DNA of 55,019 nucleotides from a virus (taxonomy: Duplodnaviria > Caudoviricetes), in IMG/VR virus record IMGVR_UViG_3300028557_000047, positions 1-55,019 of that record; one strand, 5' to 3'. Shown here one piece after another: positions 1-10,324 of this stretch; the first letter of the stretch is position 1; each line of letters opens with the position of its first letter. Position numbers and translations under genes: made by a program. A model generated the notes under the pieces. That model saw nothing but the letters and a program-made list of their open reading frames with translations, was not told the DNA's origin and did not search any database.

Positions 1-260
1 TAATACAGTTGCGGTAACGGGTGCAGCCACATTTTCAAATACTATTGCGGTAACAAATACTGCCACATTCAGTAATACAGTTGCGGTAACGGGCGCTGCC
101 ACATTTTCAAATACTATTGCGGTAACAAATACTGCCACATTCAGTAATACAGTTGCGGTAACGGGCAACGCTACGTTCAGTAATACAGTTGCGGTAACGG
201 GTGCAGCCACATTTTCAAATACTATTGCGGTAACGGGTGCGGCCACATTTTCAAATACGA
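1..260 (+). repeat. Coding tandem repeat, ~7 x 36 bp (12-aa unit ATFSNTVAVTGA)
   Basis: Units such as gccacattcagtaatacagttgcggtaacggg are directly visible. The same unit recurs at ~1741-1930, ~2677-2835 and ~3226-3330. Confidence 0.9.
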
Positions 261-2290
261 TGGGGGTCACCGGACTAACTACGCTTGGGGCAGTTAATGC
301 CATCACCGCAAACGCGTCTGTCATTGTCAATGTTGGTGCAAATGTCCATGCCAATACTACTTCACTTAAAGTTGGTAATGCCACTGTAAATACTGTGGTG
401 ACTAGTGCTACTGTTACTGTAGCCAATTCGACCACCTCACTGGTAACCACTCCCGGCTCTGTTGCTACTGGTATTACTACTGTAAATACTACGGCGCTGA
501 GTGTTGGCGCGAATGTGGTAGCAAATAGTTCAGCCTTGGTTGTGGGTAACACTACGGTCGGTCACGTTACCGTATCAGTGGGCGCCAATGTGGTTTTAGA
601 AACATCTAGACTGGCGGTAGGTAATTCTACAACAAATACTATTATTTCACAGGCACAAGTTCACACTGATGGCAACTTAACGGTCGCAGGCACTACTACT
701 CTAAGTGGAGTAAATAATCTTAACGGTGCCACTACAGTTGCCAATACACTAGGTGTCACAGGACTAACTACACTTGTAAATGTGAATGCTGCCGTTGCAA
801 ACGCATCAACTATTGTGAACGTAGGCGCCAATGTTCATGCTAATACAACCTCACTTAAGGTTGGTAACTCAACTGTAAATACTGTTGTAACTGGGGCTCT
901 TACTACACTACAAGACGCAACTGGCTCGATCACCCTATCACCATCTGTGATTACCGCCGGGCTTGCTACTATTAACTCTACTGCAATCGCGGTTGGAGCA
1001 AATAATGTGTCTAATAGCTCTGCCGTGGTGGTAGGGAATACAGTACTAAGGCATACAACAGTCACAGTAGGTAGCAACGTATCACTGGATACAGCCGCGG
1101 TTCGAGTGGGCAACTCAACTGTGAATACTGTTATTTCTCAATCGTCAGTTTACACCGACGGCGCTATCACCGTGCAGGGTGCAGCAACAATTAATGGCAC
1201 AGTAACTCTAACTGCGCTTACCGCCGCCAATAATCTAACTGCTAACGTAGCTAACGCGGCGACAATTGTGAATGTCGGTGCCAATGTTCATGCTAATACT
1301 ACTTCACTCAAGGTAGGCAACTCTACCGTAAATACCGTAATTACATCTTCTACTACAAACGTATCAAACTCTACTGTCAATACGTTTATCACTGTAGGTT
1401 CTGGGCTATTTGGTAATTCTACGGCTAATGCTACTGTGAACTCATCCTCGTTCATGACACAGAGTTCAGCCACAGTTAATACTTCTATCACTCCTACTCA
1501 GATTAGAATTATTAATAGTTCTGGTAATGCAACCATCACACCTACTTCTATTACTGTAGGTCTGTTTACCGGCAATGCTACTTCAATGGCGGTCGGCGCC
1601 AATGTGGTTGCCAATACTACCTCGCTTGTCATCGGCGCTAACGTGTCTCTTGATGCCGCTGCGCTTCGCGTAGGAAACTCCACTGTCAACTCAGTCATCA
1701 CCTCGTCGTCATTATCTACTACTGGCACGCTTGGGGCCATTGGAGCAGCTACATTTAGCAATACTGTTGCGGTTACAGGCGCAGTTACACTCAGTAATAC
1801 ATCTAGCCACGTTGGCGCTGCTACTTTCTCCAATACCGTGGCGGTTACTGGCGCTGCCACATTCAGTAACACGGTTGCGGCCACGGGTGCCGCTACATTC
1901 AGCAATACCGTAACTGTTACTGGCAATGTCAATGCAAATGCTTCAGTTACCATCAATACCGACTACAGCATGATTGTTACTGCAAATACTAATGTCGGAT
2001 CAAATTCGGCGCCTAGAATTGTATTCAGTTTCCCTAAGGCCACATGGAAAGGCGCCAAGATCATTGCCATGGCCGACAACGCGGGAACAAATCAGATCAC
2101 AGAAATGGCAGTGGTGCACGATGGTACAACAGCTTGGTCTACTACATACGCAACAATCTCGTCTCCTGGCGGCGGTGAAACCGCTCTAGGAACTTACTCT
2201 TCACAGATAAATAATGCTAACGTAGAGATTTTACTCACTCAAGTTCTATCTGGCACCTCCGTTAAAATCATCAGTCACCTTATAAAGTAA
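1..2290 (+). CDS. Long Asn/Thr/Val-rich tail fibre / virion structural protein, 5'-truncated by the window
   Basis: Frame 2 is open from base 2, so the ATG at 260 is internal. Contains repeats AATFSNTVAVTG and VGANVHANTTSLKVGNST; C-terminal domain resembles that of the next gene. Confidence 0.75.
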   Translation, partial: NTVAVTGAATFSNTIAVTNTATFSNTVAVTGAATFSNTIAVTNTATFSNTVAVTGNATFSNTVAVTGAATFSNTIAVTGAATFSNTMGVTGLTTLGAVNAITANASVIVNVGANVHANTTSLKVGNATVNTVVTSATVTVANSTTSLVTTPGSVATGITTVNTTALSVGANVVANSSALVVGNTTVGHVTVSVGANVVLETSRLAVGNSTTNTIISQAQVHTDGNLTVAGTTTLSGVNNLNGATTVANTLGVTGLTTLVNVNAAVANASTIVNVGANVHANTTSLKVGNSTVNTVVTGALTTLQDATGSITLSPSVITAGLATINSTAIAVGANNVSNSSAVVVGNTVLRHTTVTVGSNVSLDTAAVRVGNSTVNTVISQSSVYTDGAITVQGAATINGTVTLTALTAANNLTANVANAATIVNVGANVHANTTSLKVGNSTVNTVITSSTTNVSNSTVNTFITVGSGLFGNSTANATVNSSSFMTQSSATVNTSITPTQIRIINSSGNATITPTSITVGLFTGNATSMAVGANVVANTTSLVIGANVSLDAAALRVGNSTVNSVITSSSLSTTGTLGAIGAATFSNTVAVTGAVTLSNTSSHVGAATFSNTVAVTGAATFSNTVAATGAATFSNTVTVTGNVNANASVTINTDYSMIVTANTNVGSNSAPRIVFSFPKATWKGAKIIAMADNAGTNQITEMAVVHDGTTAWSTTYATISSPGGGETALGTYSSQINNANVEILLTQVLSGTSVKIISHLIK

Positions 2291-2297
2291 AGATCAT

Positions 2298-3170
2298 ATG
2301 GCCGATACAAGATTCAAGGTAGAAAATGGACTGTTAGCAGTAGGAGGGGCTGGGAGTAGTTCTAGATTTGAACACCCTCTTACCGTTGCTGCCAACACTA
2401 CAATTGACGGAGACCTGCTATTGGTGCAGGGTAACTTTACCGTCGTTGGTAACACAATTTACCAGGGTGTTCTAAACTATGCAGCCGATCTTATTCCGAC
2501 TACCAATGGCACGTTAACAATTGGCACTTCCACCAACACCTATAACGGGCATTTTAATACCCTAATTAGCCATAGTGGAATCTTTCCGTTAGCAAATACC
2601 GTAGCACTAGGAAATACAAGCAGACGGTTTGAAGGCTTTGTAACTAATATTAATGCATCTGGCACTGGAACAATCACAGGCGCCGCAACATTCTCTAACA
2701 CAATTGTTGTTACGGGGAACGCACAGTTCTCTAATACAGTTGCTGTAACGGGTAATGCTACATTCTCTAATACAATTGCTGCCACTGGTGCTGCTACATT
2801 CTCTAATACAGTTACAGCAACCGGCGCCGTAACTACTCCTGCGGTCATTCTTACCAACGGCGGACTTTATTCCAATCAAGCTACAGTGTCCACTACTTCC
2901 CCAACCGTAGTTGATTCGTTCCCACTTGCCTCTGCTACTGGCGCAAGGTATACTGTTACCGCAAGACTTGCGGGTACTTCTAGACATGCAGTTGAACTTC
3001 TTACCGTTCACGAAGGCACCAATGTTCTTGCTACTCAATACGCAGAGATTTTTAATACCAGGCTTGGGGTGTTTGATATAAATATCAATGGCGCAAATGT
3101 TGAACTAACATTCACTCCTCTTACCGCCGTGGCTCATACCGTCAGAGTCATCCGCCAGCAGATACTATAA
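2298..3170 (+). CDS. Tail fibre-associated virion structural protein
   Basis: AATFSNT repeats; C-terminal domain (VVDSF..A.Y.V..H..ELL.VHEGT...TQY) similar to the upstream gene. Confidence 0.7.
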   Translation: MADTRFKVENGLLAVGGAGSSSRFEHPLTVAANTTIDGDLLLVQGNFTVVGNTIYQGVLNYAADLIPTTNGTLTIGTSTNTYNGHFNTLISHSGIFPLANTVALGNTSRRFEGFVTNINASGTGTITGAATFSNTIVVTGNAQFSNTVAVTGNATFSNTIAATGAATFSNTVTATGAVTTPAVILTNGGLYSNQATVSTTSPTVVDSFPLASATGARYTVTARLAGTSRHAVELLTVHEGTNVLATQYAEIFNTRLGVFDININGANVELTFTPLTAVAHTVRVIRQQIL

Positions 3171-3179
3171 GGATAACCA

Positions 3180-5309
3180 ATGGCTATCAATAATAATTTC
3201 AGGGCGGTACACGGGCTAGAGGCTAACGGGGCCGTAACTTTTGCTAATACGCTTGCCGTGACCGGTGGCTCTACCCTGTCTAATACACTGGCGGTGACTG
3301 GCGCAGCCACATTTAGCAATAACGTAACGATCGGTGGTAACTTTACCGTAACCGGCACTACCACCTACGTCAACACGGCTGTTCTTAATATTGCCGACAA
3401 TATTATGTCTCTTAATTCAGATGTTGTCGGAGCTCCTACGGAGAATTGCGGGCTGGAAGTTAACCGTGGCTCATCTGCTAACGTTTCATTTATCTGGAAT
3501 GAAACATCTGATAGATGGCAGATTACCAATGACGGTTCCACCTTCGGTAATGTGCACTCGACTTTAGCTTCTGTTGTGCTTGGAACTCATACTTCTGGCA
3601 ATTATGTAGGCACCGTGACCGCTGGTACTGGCGTCAGTTTATCTGGAGCTTCTGGCGCAAATGCTGCTCACTCCATTTCAATTGGGCAGAACGTAGATAC
3701 TACGGCTGCTGTTACATTCGGCCGCCTGACCGCTGGGGCCGGTAGCGCTAATAGTTCTGCAAACAGCACGGTTGTCCAGGTAGCCAACAGTACACTTTCT
3801 TCTCAGATGACTGCAGGAGGGTTTACGGCTGGTTCTACTACTATGACCGCATCTGGGTTCACTGGGAACTTAACCGGTACGTCATCCAACACTACCAATC
3901 TCAATGGGCAACCCGCTTCATTCTATTCAAACGCCACTAACCTAGCCACGGGCACGGTGCCTACTGCTAGACTTGCTACCTCTGGTACTGCAAACTCTAT
4001 TACATTTTTAGCGGGGGATCAAACTTGGAAAGTAGGGCCTCTAGGATACACCGGGTCTCAAGGAAACCAGGGTAACCAGGGGGTCATCGGCTTTACTGGA
4101 TCAACCGGCTTTACTGGATCGCAGGGCATTCAGGGCGCCACAGGAGCCACAGGCGGGCAAGGGCCCATCGGCTTTACTGGATCAACCGGCTTCACAGGTT
4201 CAACCGGCTTTACTGGATCGCAGGGCATTCAGGGCGCCACAGGAGCCACAGGCGGGCAGGGCCCCATCGGCTTTACTGGATCAACCGGCTTTACTGGATC
4301 GCAGGGCTCTCAAGGAATCCAGGGCAATCAAGGAATCCAGGGTAACCAAGGCAGCATCGGCCTCACAGGTTCAACCGGCTTTACTGGATCGCAGGGCATT
4401 CAGGGCAATCAAGGAATCCAGGGTAACCAAGGAATCCAGGGCAACACCGGCTTCACAGGTTCAACCGGCTTTACTGGATCGCAGGGCATTCAGGGCAATC
4501 AAGGAATCCAGGGTAACCAAGGAATCCAGGGCAACACCGGCTTTACTGGATCGCAGGGCATTCAGGGCGCCACAGGAGCCACAGGCGGGCAGGGTAACCA
4601 AGGCAGCATCGGCCTCACAGGTTCAACCGGCTTTACTGGATCAAGGGGATTCAAAGGAGATCTAGGAGACTCTGGCGTGGCCGGCGGAATAGGCCTCACT
4701 GGATCAACTGGATCAACTGGATTTACTGGTTCTAAAGGAGATACTGGCACCACTGGTACTCAAGGCGCCACTGGATTTACTGGTTCTAAAGGAGATACTG
4801 GCACCACTGGTACTCAAGGCGCCACCGGCTTTACTGGCTCTGGATATGGCACCGCGGCTAATGTTGAGATGAACTCTCTTGGAGTTGGTACTCCGGGCTC
4901 TGGTACTGCAGGTGAGATTCGTGCCACCAATAATATCACGGCATACTATTCCGATAGAAGGCTCAAGGAAAATATTGTATGCATTCCAGATGCGCTGGAT
5001 AAAGTTGACTCTATCAATGGAGTGACATTTACTTCTAACGATCTAGCCGAAACCTTTGGTTATCTGGATAAGTCTAGTCAGGTGGGTGTTATCGCGCAGG
5101 AAATTCAAGCGGTGCTGCCTCAAATCGTAGTACCGGCGCCATTTGACATTGGTCAGAATGAGGATGGCACTGAGTATAGCTTATCCGGTGAGAATTATGT
5201 AACCGTTCACTACGAAAAACTCATCCCGTTGCTTATCGAGGCGATCAAGGAACTTAGGGCAGACCTCCGCGAACTTGAAACTAAGGTGACCAACCATGGT
5301 GTCAATTAA
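3180..5309 (+). CDS. Tail fibre with collagen-like Gly-X-Y region and C-terminal intramolecular chaperone (Peptidase S74-like)
   Basis: GFTGSQG/GIQGNQ repeats; YYSDRRLKENI autocleavage motif; terminal YEKLIPLLIEAIKEL coiled coil. Confidence 0.85.
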   Translation: MAINNNFRAVHGLEANGAVTFANTLAVTGGSTLSNTLAVTGAATFSNNVTIGGNFTVTGTTTYVNTAVLNIADNIMSLNSDVVGAPTENCGLEVNRGSSANVSFIWNETSDRWQITNDGSTFGNVHSTLASVVLGTHTSGNYVGTVTAGTGVSLSGASGANAAHSISIGQNVDTTAAVTFGRLTAGAGSANSSANSTVVQVANSTLSSQMTAGGFTAGSTTMTASGFTGNLTGTSSNTTNLNGQPASFYSNATNLATGTVPTARLATSGTANSITFLAGDQTWKVGPLGYTGSQGNQGNQGVIGFTGSTGFTGSQGIQGATGATGGQGPIGFTGSTGFTGSTGFTGSQGIQGATGATGGQGPIGFTGSTGFTGSQGSQGIQGNQGIQGNQGSIGLTGSTGFTGSQGIQGNQGIQGNQGIQGNTGFTGSTGFTGSQGIQGNQGIQGNQGIQGNTGFTGSQGIQGATGATGGQGNQGSIGLTGSTGFTGSRGFKGDLGDSGVAGGIGLTGSTGSTGFTGSKGDTGTTGTQGATGFTGSKGDTGTTGTQGATGFTGSGYGTAANVEMNSLGVGTPGSGTAGEIRATNNITAYYSDRRLKENIVCIPDALDKVDSINGVTFTSNDLAETFGYLDKSSQVGVIAQEIQAVLPQIVVPAPFDIGQNEDGTEYSLSGENYVTVHYEKLIPLLIEAIKELRADLRELETKVTNHGVN
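4035..4850 (+). repeat. Collagen-like coding repeat array
   Basis: Many near-exact copies of ggctttactggatc and caaggaatccagggtaac. Confidence 0.9.
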
Positions 5310-5628
5310 AACTAAGTTGCGGATGGAACAGGGCGCTAATTTTAGTGCTACCGTTCCTGTGCTAGGAGATGATGGCTTACCATTCAATTTGACTGGGTAC
5401 ACTGGCGCAGCACAAGTAAGAAAACACTATTCGTCTTTGACCGCTTATACTTTTACTGTTGCTCTAGGCGGAAACACAGGCATAGTTACTTTAAGCATGA
5501 CTCCAGTACAAACTGGAGCTATTAGCCCTGGTATCCACGTATTTGACTGTGAAGTCACATCAGGAAATACTGTGTATCGCGTAGCCGAAGGGCAAGTACA
5601 TATAACCGCACAGGTTACTAAAGCTTAG
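5296..5628 (+). CDS. Small virion/baseplate-fibre adaptor protein (BppU-N-like)
   Basis: EQGANF...FNLTGYTGAAQVRKHYSS motif typical of T4-like structural proteins; position in fibre cluster. Confidence 0.6.
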   Translation: MVSIKTKLRMEQGANFSATVPVLGDDGLPFNLTGYTGAAQVRKHYSSLTAYTFTVALGGNTGIVTLSMTPVQTGAISPGIHVFDCEVTSGNTVYRVAEGQVHITAQVTKA

Positions 5629-5630
5629 TT

Positions 5631-8600
5631 TTAGCGCCGGATAAAGTAATAATCTCCGTCTGGCTTATCTACCTCGGTGAATTGACCTGCACACTCAAAG
5701 CCAATGCTATCCAGATATTCAATCACTTCTTCAGCTTTAGGCGCACCGACATTGTAGTCGGTTTTCTGTAGTTCAAGAAGTAGGTGGTTACACCCTTTCA
5801 GGGTTTCAGTTGCGCCTTTAAGCACATCGAGTTCCGCTCCCTGAATATCCATCTTGATCAAGTCGGGTGTTGGAAACTGATTCATCTTGCACACGCTATC
5901 AAGTGACATTCCGATCCGCTTCTTCTTATTCTCTTCTGGGAATAGAGTTGGAGCAAGAGGACTGAGTTCTGGGTTCTCTGTGTAATAACTATTTCCAGCC
6001 GGATCATGCGTGTTTTCGTTGAAGTCTAGTTCCGTGAAATCATTCTCGGTAAGCAGGCCTAGGTGATGATCGTAGTCGTTGTAAAGAAATCTAACCTCTG
6101 ACATTGCCTCAAATAGCACAAACTTGGATTCAGGCCATACCTTTTTAGCTTCGTTAGTCCAATGAAGAACACAAGAGCCAATGTCATAGATAACGGCAGG
6201 TTTGATCATGCCGCTAAGTTTTCTCAGGAACTCTATGTGGTCAAGTGGCAACATAGGAGTATCATGTAGAGCTTTGAGTCTTTGTCTCTCTGGAGACTCT
6301 GGAGCCGAAGCATTATCTTCAATACGGAACACCCGATCCCCGTGATGGTCACAAACAATCGTAACATCGCACCAAATACCATAACCTAGCTTGCGAGCTT
6401 TCATACAGAAGTCTAGGTCCTCACTGACTGTATTGGTATGATCTAGTGCCGAGTGATAGACAAACTGTGGATAGCCTACGGCTTTGAATACTTCAGACTT
6501 GATCAGAACACAGCCCAGCCCACAACCGCAAATCTCTACAAAAGACCATTGTTTAAGAGCCGCCCAGGGAATGTTATGGTGAAGATGATCATACACTTCA
6601 AGAATTTGTTCCTCTTTGCGCTGTCTATAAACTCCGGTTACAATAGGTTTATCATGCGCCAGTAGTTTTACCAGCGTATCCGGCGCAAATGCAATATCAT
6701 GATCCACAGAAAAAAGATAATCGTATGATCGAACGGTCCAGTCTGCAATGAGATTCCGAACTTGGTCTACGTTGTAGCCATAGAAATATTGAAAGTCAAC
6801 TTCATAGCCTTCCGGCACGATAAGATCATAGATTGATTTGAATGTTGCGACCTCAATATTTTTGGCGGTGGGAATTGCAATTAGTATCTTCTTATTTTTC
6901 ATAATCTTGCCCTTGGTTACAGCATTCACGGTTCTTGTTTGTTCGTCACTATTAATCTTATAGTCATTTATCGGATTCTTATCGTTGTAGTTATACACGA
7001 TATCAGGCACACATACGACTTTGTCTGGGTCAGCTAGTTCCAATAGAGTGTAAAAGACGGCGGTGTCTCCACCTGCTTTAAGCCATTTGTCATCCTTATC
7101 TTGGAACGCCGTATCATCTGGCACCAAGTTAAACAACTTGCCTTTAAATGTCCTCATATGAGTGTAAGGCATATGCCAGTTGAACTCATAGCTGCGGTAC
7201 GATTTGTTTCTTTTAATCTCTGGAGGATATGGCTGTGCAACTAGAGGAATGTTGTCAGCCATAGACCAACAAGAGCCGTATGTAAACTCAGCACCTTCGT
7301 CGTACAGGTTGTTGTACATATGGAAGATAGTTGGATCATTAACTAGAGTATCGTCTCCGTCAATGAGTATACAAATATCATCGCCATCTGGCTCAATATT
7401 GCGAAGGCTTGTTATCTGATTACATACAGCGCCGCGGTTGACGGTATTATTTATTAGGTGAAATTTGCTCTCTGTTTCCAAGTCAAGCGTGTTTAGTGCG
7501 TTGTTTATACGATCCCAAGTGGAATCAGTTGATGCATCATTAATAATTGTTACGTCATAGTTATCATAATCTTGGGCCGCAATAGACTTAATGCAATCCT
7601 CAATATAGTTCTCTGCGTTATAGACAGGAACGATAACGTGTATGCGCTTTTCTTTTGTCTTTGGTTGTAGTAGCTCCTCGGGGTTTAGATATCGGCGATT
7701 GAACACCGATCGTACCTTCTTATTAATAGCAGTCACCTTTCGGTATTCGTCAACTCGAAGATAGTTTCCCATCTTGTGATACAGATGTTGTTTCCATTGT
7801 AGGGCAACGGAATCCCAACCACAAATAGTGGCTACGTCCCCGCAGGCTTTTTGCTTTTCATCAAGCCTTGAGTAGTGGTATGCATCAATGACTAGATTAG
7901 CAAACTCTTGAGCTTGCCGATCGGCATCAAGCTCAGGTACTATCCAATTTGGTTCAACTGGGTACTTAAGTTTCCATGAGGCCGCGTCAATAGCGGTCTC
8001 TGATAGTCCGGCATAATCACAAGTGATGACCGGAGTATTGTAGTAGAGTGACTCAAGCACGGAAATACCAAACGTCTCAGGCTGATCACACGGATAGATC
8101 ATATAGGTGGAACTTGCCACCTCTTGTGCTACTTGCTTCGGGGTCAGTATTCCAGTGAACGTGATAGTATCATTGCAGGTAAGCTTTGATAGCCGATTGT
8201 ATTCTACTTCTTGTGCATCGGGACCGTGCGACTCGGCAAATTTGTAGTAGCCACCTAGAACTTTCAGTCGTGCGGTCGGAATGGCCGCTACTACTTTAGG
8301 CCAAATCTTTTCTACCAGAGGAGTCATACCTTTTGATACCGCAGAATTGAACACAAAGAGGTTGGGATCTTTTTTGGCGTGAGGAGAGATCTTGTGTCTA
8401 GCCATTCCATTTCTTGTGTGGAATTGTTTCTTCTTAAAGTTCTCTGACATTCTGTAGTGCCCATGATTGGCATTAGCAACATATGAACTGTGCCAGTCTG
8501 TCAGGGTGAATACCTCGTCTAGCCGATTTTCGTTCAGATATTGCTCGAGCAGACCATCGCCGTCCAGGAAGGTATCGTGCATCCATAAAGCTTTAAAGCC

Positions 8601-8948
8601 CGATTGCCCGATCATCCCGCTGAAGTCTGGAAGATAGGTATAGGTTTTGAAGTTCTCTCTCATCTCGGGTGGTGCGTATGCCACCAGAGAACGACTGGCA
8701 ATTACGATATCAAAGCCTGGATGCCCTTGCACATCAATGAGAGGCCTATACAGAACACCGTTATAGAAGCCAGGCTTTGTGTCGGGGCCTTCGCACGTGT
8801 TAAACACCGTTACATCAAAGCCAATCTTTGCAAGTTCGGCAGATAATAGTATTACTGAGGCCTCAGAACCACCGAGACCTCTTTTGTTTAGGGTATCACC
8901 ATCGTAGCATTGCCCCAGGGTATCAATGAATGCAATTGTCTTGTTCAT
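5631..8948 (-). CDS. Multidomain glycosyltransferase: GT-B (GT4-like) + GT2 + second GT-A + FkbM-like methyltransferase
   Basis: GLGGSE and ETFGIS (GT4); VIVPVYNAE/INDASTD/LIDGDD (GT2); ILIAIPT/SVDHD/SEDLDFC (GT-A); YDIGS and IKMDIQGAELDVLKG (FkbM). Confidence 0.85.
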   Translation of the reverse strand: MNKTIAFIDTLGQCYDGDTLNKRGLGGSEASVILLSAELAKIGFDVTVFNTCEGPDTKPGFYNGVLYRPLIDVQGHPGFDIVIASRSLVAYAPPEMRENFKTYTYLPDFSGMIGQSGFKALWMHDTFLDGDGLLEQYLNENRLDEVFTLTDWHSSYVANANHGHYRMSENFKKKQFHTRNGMARHKISPHAKKDPNLFVFNSAVSKGMTPLVEKIWPKVVAAIPTARLKVLGGYYKFAESHGPDAQEVEYNRLSKLTCNDTITFTGILTPKQVAQEVASSTYMIYPCDQPETFGISVLESLYYNTPVITCDYAGLSETAIDAASWKLKYPVEPNWIVPELDADRQAQEFANLVIDAYHYSRLDEKQKACGDVATICGWDSVALQWKQHLYHKMGNYLRVDEYRKVTAINKKVRSVFNRRYLNPEELLQPKTKEKRIHVIVPVYNAENYIEDCIKSIAAQDYDNYDVTIINDASTDSTWDRINNALNTLDLETESKFHLINNTVNRGAVCNQITSLRNIEPDGDDICILIDGDDTLVNDPTIFHMYNNLYDEGAEFTYGSCWSMADNIPLVAQPYPPEIKRNKSYRSYEFNWHMPYTHMRTFKGKLFNLVPDDTAFQDKDDKWLKAGGDTAVFYTLLELADPDKVVCVPDIVYNYNDKNPINDYKINSDEQTRTVNAVTKGKIMKNKKILIAIPTAKNIEVATFKSIYDLIVPEGYEVDFQYFYGYNVDQVRNLIADWTVRSYDYLFSVDHDIAFAPDTLVKLLAHDKPIVTGVYRQRKEEQILEVYDHLHHNIPWAALKQWSFVEICGCGLGCVLIKSEVFKAVGYPQFVYHSALDHTNTVSEDLDFCMKARKLGYGIWCDVTIVCDHHGDRVFRIEDNASAPESPERQRLKALHDTPMLPLDHIEFLRKLSGMIKPAVIYDIGSCVLHWTNEAKKVWPESKFVLFEAMSEVRFLYNDYDHHLGLLTENDFTELDFNENTHDPAGNSYYTENPELSPLAPTLFPEENKKKRIGMSLDSVCKMNQFPTPDLIKMDIQGAELDVLKGATETLKGCNHLLLELQKTDYNVGAPKAEEVIEYLDSIGFECAGQFTEVDKPDGDYYFIRR

Positions 8949-10249
8949 GCTATGGTTCCTAGTTCACACTTATTCAATGTTCGGCGCCCAAATACTTTAT
9001 GGGCTCGCTGATTTATACGATTGACTTTATTTAGCAAAGCTTTACTCATGGGCTTTCCAAATGTAAAGCAGAAGTGTTGGTGCCATTGTAAGGCAACTGT
9101 GTCCCACTCACAAATATCAGCTACTGCGTTGCAGGCATATTGCTTTTGCTGGTGCAGATAGGGAGTGTTGTATGCTCTGATTACCATATCGGCAAACAGT
9201 TGAGCCTGAGCATCTTGATCAATCCACGGCACCATCCAGTTTGGAGTCACTGGATATCTAATCTTGTATGATGCGGAATCAATTGCTGTTTCCTCTAGCG
9301 CTGCAAACTCGCAGGTGAATACTGGGGTATTATAGTAGATGGATTCTAGGGTGGAGATACCAAAGGTCTCTGGATCAGCGCACGGAAAGATGGTATAGGC
9401 GGCTTTGGCTAAAATATTAGCGATTTCCGATTGCTTGATAATGCCGGTGAACTCGATGGAATCACCGCACAGTGCTTTAAGTCTCAGATAGTTCTGTTCA
9501 AACATATCAGGCATGTCGCAATCATTGAACCTATAATACCCGCCGATAATCTTTAGTCTGGCTTGAGGAATTGCTTTGTGGACAATAGGCCAAACTTTTT
9601 CGACCAGCGGGGCCATTCCTTTTGACACTGACGCATTGTATACGAAAAGGTTCGGGTCTTTATCTTTGATATCTACCCAGTCAATGTGCTTCTTGATGCC
9701 GTTGCGGGTCTGGAAAATCTTCTGATGGAAGTTTTCGGACATTCTCTTTTTGCCATGGTCAGCATGTGAAACGTAGGAACTATGCCAATCTGAGAGAGTA
9801 AACACTTCATCGATCACGCCGTCGTTCAGGTATTGCTCAATCAAATGATCGCCATGACAGAACGTATCTTGCATCCATAGGATTTTGTGCAATGCGGCAT
9901 CAACTATAGGACTAAAGTCTGGAAGATGGGCGAAAGCGTTGAGCGAATCCCTTTCTTCATGCGGGACAAATGCCGCTACGGACCTGAAGCCAATGACGAT
10001 ATCGTATTCATAGTACTCTGGATTTTCCACCTCGCGTAGAGGCTTGAACGATACTCCGTTATAGACACCAGGGCTAGAGTATGGACTCTCACAATTATTG
10101 TAAACAGTTACATCATAACCAAGTTTTACCAGTTCTGCCGACATGTAAATGACCGCCGACTCGGAGCCACCTAGGCCTCGCTTGCTTAGGGTTTCACCGT
10201 CATAACTTAACCCCACCGCATCAATAATTGCAATTGTGTACATGTTCAC
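8945..10249 (-). CDS. GT-B (GT4-like) glycosyltransferase, paralog of the N-terminal domain of the downstream gene
   Basis: KRGLGGSESA and ETFGISTLES motifs; colinear similarity with residues ~1-430 of 5631..8948. Confidence 0.85.
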   Translation of the reverse strand: MNMYTIAIIDAVGLSYDGETLSKRGLGGSESAVIYMSAELVKLGYDVTVYNNCESPYSSPGVYNGVSFKPLREVENPEYYEYDIVIGFRSVAAFVPHEERDSLNAFAHLPDFSPIVDAALHKILWMQDTFCHGDHLIEQYLNDGVIDEVFTLSDWHSSYVSHADHGKKRMSENFHQKIFQTRNGIKKHIDWVDIKDKDPNLFVYNASVSKGMAPLVEKVWPIVHKAIPQARLKIIGGYYRFNDCDMPDMFEQNYLRLKALCGDSIEFTGIIKQSEIANILAKAAYTIFPCADPETFGISTLESIYYNTPVFTCEFAALEETAIDSASYKIRYPVTPNWMVPWIDQDAQAQLFADMVIRAYNTPYLHQQKQYACNAVADICEWDTVALQWHQHFCFTFGKPMSKALLNKVNRINQRAHKVFGRRTLNKCELGTIA

Positions 10250-10272
10250 CTATGTCCAGACTATTTTCTTAT

Positions 10273-10280
10273 TATAAATA
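10273..10280 (+). promoter_or_regulatory. T4-type late promoter for gp13
   Basis: TATAAATA upstream of the neck genes. Confidence 0.85.
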
Positions 10281-10324
10281 CACGGAGTAATAAAGTCAAC
10301 CATATAGTTGCATTATCCCGCACC

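Noticed and set aside
1-260. 36-bp repeats as a CRISPR array
   Set aside because: They are contiguous, in-frame coding repeats with no unique spacers and no cas genes.
835-4753. Minus-strand ORFs over the fibre genes, and similar shadows over gp21-gp23, gp46, gp43 and uvsX
   Set aside because: Antisense open frames caused by repetitive or biased codon use; no RBS or motifs.
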